Source of the DNA: Spirogloea muscicola
Lineage: Eukaryota
Length of the DNA stretch: 41,861 bases
Assembly (NCBI GenBank): GCA_009602725.1
Contig: WELB01000006.1
Location: 191,760 to 233,620 of the forward strand
Direction of reading: 5' to 3'
The notes beneath the pieces were generated by a model, which saw nothing but the letters and a program-made list of their open reading frames with translations, did not search any database and was not told the origin of the DNA. The translations under genes were made by a program, and so were the position numbers. Each line of letters opens with the position of its first letter. The first letter of the stretch is position 1. This document shows positions 39,195-41,861 of this stretch, piece by piece.

Positions 39195-39844
39195 CAGTCA
39201 AACCTCGATGTAGTTACACAGGTCGGTTTGGCAAGGATGCGTAAGTACATCGAGGTGTTCCTACGCAGCCACATAGGTAAATTTGGGGGCAAAAGTACGT
39301 ATAGCAAAACAATCCACAAAATGGCCATATTCTTTTTTAAAATGCCGATGGGCAAGTTTATCCCACAAGGTGGAGTCAAGCATTCTTCCCCAATGTCTTT
39401 ACAAGCATAGGCATCCCATATCGACCAAGATAAGGACACACATGCATACAACCACTTAAGGTGATCCAATTGATATTCACCATGTGCACACTAGCGGAGG
39501 TATCGCACATCGACCAACATGAGGTAAGTCAAGCATACGGACAACAATAGCTATCGCATCCAAGGTGGGGGAAAGGGAAGAACGGAGGAGGACGATAGGG
39601 GAGTTGAGACGAGGGGAGGGGAGCCAAGGTGAAATGGCAACCAACGCTGAAGTGGTGAGCGCGAGTGAGCAATATGTCCGTGTTGAGCAAGCCGAATTTC
39701 GAACCAAGGGACCCCTACTCGACCTATGCCACCCCCTATCGCCCCAGTACTATGACGATACAATGGAGGAAGGGGCTGATGAAGAGGGTGAATGGAGAGG
39801 GAGGATGTGTCGACGGTGATGAAGTAAGTCTAATGTCATGTTAT

Positions 39845-40540
39845 CTACTTGTCGTCAACTCTTTCCGCGGACATGTATGTCGAGATCTTAGCCTGCTTCC
39901 TGCTAAGCATGTGTAAAACCGCATCGTTCGCCGCCATATTTTGCCAACGCTCGCACATCAAGATCTCCTGTTGTGTGAGCGATGCATTCCTTGTGCAAGG
40001 TATCTACCTACTTGCCCTATCAATACAGTCGCTTCATTGTGCGTTATCCATCGAGAGGGAGGATCATCGGAGTCATCGTCTTCACCGTCGTTGCTTGTTG
40101 AGGGTAGGATTTGAGAAACGATCTGTTCATCTGTGAGTGTGGATGGAGCCTCAACCTGATTCAACACATCGAATGTCACCATATATGACGATGACAGCAT
40201 CATTCAATGCTTCATCATTCATTCTACATTGCATATGCCATAGAAGCTTAAGAAGGAAGCATAAGTTGCAAGCGTCACTTACTTCGTCTTCCCATGGAAG
40301 ATTAAGATATTCTTCGGCACTGAGTCCATTTGGCCCAAGCTTCAGGTCGGCGATATCGCGTTCAAGCTCTTGCAAGTCGGCGGCCTCATCATACGGCTCA
40401 AGTTGATCTTGATCAAGCATGGCACTGTCCTGAGCCCACTTGGGAAGGATGGCTGCCTTCTTCCAGCAGTTTTGGATTATCGCAGCAGGAGTCTCCGCCC
40501 AAATCGCGACAGTCCATAGGATAGCCTGCATCCATGAAAA
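39845..40540 (-). pseudogene. C-terminal part of a pogo/Tigger transposase (end of DDE_1 domain, acidic tail)
   Basis: MQAILWTVAIWAETPAAIIQNCWKKAAILP...LSAEEYLNLPWEDE, intron 40282-40156 (GT..AG), VEAPSTLTDEQIVSQIL...EDDDSDD...ITHNEA, a frameshift, then LSRKQAKISTYM...* with a PIP-box-like QxxIxxY motif. Confidence 0.85.
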
Positions 40541-40576
40541 GCCACCAACTTCAGTACACACTTCAATGTCACAAGC

Positions 40577-41416
40577 ATGGAATCCAATCAAACCAAAAGT
40601 AAGATAGGATCCTACCTTATAGATGGTGTGCTTATCTTCGTTGAGGGGGCCGTGCACATGCGTATCCACCCTACTCTATTGATGACCACCACATCCTTTC
40701 TCATGCAGGTATACAAGGACGGCTAGCCAAGCGACGAGGAAGAGAGATGTTAGAGTCATGTTTTACTGACTTGGACCGCAAACGTATCTGTGAGCTGAAG
40801 AGGACAACCCATCCATGACACAAGACCAGATAGCTAGGGAAGCATCGAAGAAACTGAAAAAACAGATCAGTCGAGTCGTTGTGTGCCGATTCCTCAAAGA
40901 GGCGACCAGGTGGTTGAACGTTGCCGAGAGCACTTTCAAAACAATGCGCCATAAGGAACCAAAATGGATGGACGTGGAAGCTGCCACCTTTAGATGGTTT
41001 GAGGACGTGAGTCACATTTCACAAGCTGCTTAATGCATGCTCATGCCCGTGCTCATGCTCATGCTCATGATACAATCACACAATCCAAGCCCATGGCACT
41101 AATGTGCATATCCGCCAGAGAAGTGGGATAAATCATATGCATAGCAACTCGTATGATTGATTGATTGATTCGAACAATGGTGTGAATCATTGCAGAGGCG
41201 CAAGACGAAGCAACACGTGCCGGACGACCAGCTTGTGGGCATGGCATGCAAATTTGCTAAGATGTTCAAGATCAATGGGTTTACTGGTTCTTGAGGCTGG
41301 CTCTCAAATTTAAAACGAAGGCATAAGATCAAACTTCACTACATATATGGAGAGGCACAATCAGCAGATCCATGTAGAGGCACATATATGTAGAGGCACA
41401 ATCAGCAGATCCATGT
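40577..41416 (+). pseudogene. Inverted copy of the transposase N-terminus (CENP-B HTH and Tc5 HTH)
   Basis: Putative exons 40577-40598, 40709-41006 and 41196 onward. FTDLDRKRICELKR/DNPSMTQDQIA...ISRVVVCRFLKE...KEPKWMDVEAATFRWFED|RRKTKQHVPDDQLVGMACKFAKMFKINGFTGS*GWLSNLKRRHKIKLHYIYGEAQSADP. It has one frameshift and a TGA at 41292-41294. Confidence 0.85.
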
Positions 41417-41861
41417 CTTCACCATGTAGTGAAGTTTGATCTTATGCCTTCGTTTGAAATTTGAGAGCCAGCCTTGGGAACCAGTAAACCCATTGATCTT
41501 GAACATCTTAGCAAATTTGCATGCCATGCCCACAAGCTGGTCGTCCGGCACGTGTTGCTTCGTCTTGCGCCTCTGCAATGATTCACACCATTGTTCGAAT
41601 CAATCAATCAATCATACGAGTTGCTATGCATATGATTTATCCCACTTCTCTGGCGGATATGCACATTAGTGCCATGGGCTTGGATTGTGTGATTGTATCA
41701 TGAGCATGAGCATGAGCACGGGCATGAGCATGCATTAAGCAGCTTGTGAAATGTGACTCACGTCCTCAAACCATCTAAAGGTGGCAGCTTCCACGTCCTT
41801 CCATTTTGGTTCCTTATGGCGCATTGTTTTGAAAGTGCTCTCGGCAACGTTCAACCACCTG
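40907..41861. repeat. Long inverted repeat (fold-back): arms 40907-41344 and 41424-41861, running off the window
   Basis: 438-bp arms with no indels and about five substitutions seen by eye. The 79-bp spacer overlaps a 35-bp direct duplication (41341-41375 and 41382-41416). Confidence 0.95.

Larger units (their letters stand above)
39195..41861 (-). mobile_element. pogo/Tigger-type (Tc1-mariner superfamily) DNA transposon, internally deleted and rearranged; other end outside the window
   Basis: TA|CAGTCAAACCTCGATGTAG terminus at 39195 with an internal inverted copy tacatcgaggt about 50 bp further in. Transposase C-terminus on - (39845-40540). CENP-B-type HTH region on both strands at 40577-41861. 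Confidence 0.88.

Overview
Eukaryotic, intron-rich nuclear DNA. The plant-type gene families, short GT-AG introns and high GC suggest a green plant lineage, most plausibly a streptophyte alga; the organism is an inference. Four multi-exon genes lie on the + strand: ABCF3/GCN20 (18 exons, start codon missing behind a 122-nt poly-A), a PH-RCC1-FYVE-BRX (PRAF/RLD) protein (19 coding exons), an ACT-domain Raf-like STY8/17/46-family kinase (N-terminus uncertain) and a CCAR1/DBC1-family RSA1/EMB1579 homologue (about 23 exons, one GC-AG intron). Every intergenic spacer (about 5.5-8.8, 19.3-21.4, 28.5-29.5 and 38.6-39.2 kb) is a dense pile of 5'-truncated relics of a diversified RLE-type (CRE-like) non-LTR retrotransposon, with more than 20 fragments by eye. 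They share a C-terminal peptide (...AGRAL...SDLxxLTRGY*), a 3'-UTR hairpin and TC/TTC tails; I saw none in introns. The window ends in a pogo/Tigger-type DNA transposon inserted at a TA inside one of these relics. Its catalytic core is replaced by an inverted copy of its own 5' part, forming a fold-back with arms of at least 438 bp. Assembly gaps coincide with the GC/CpG-rich gene starts. All exon boundaries and homologies were read by eye, with no database search.
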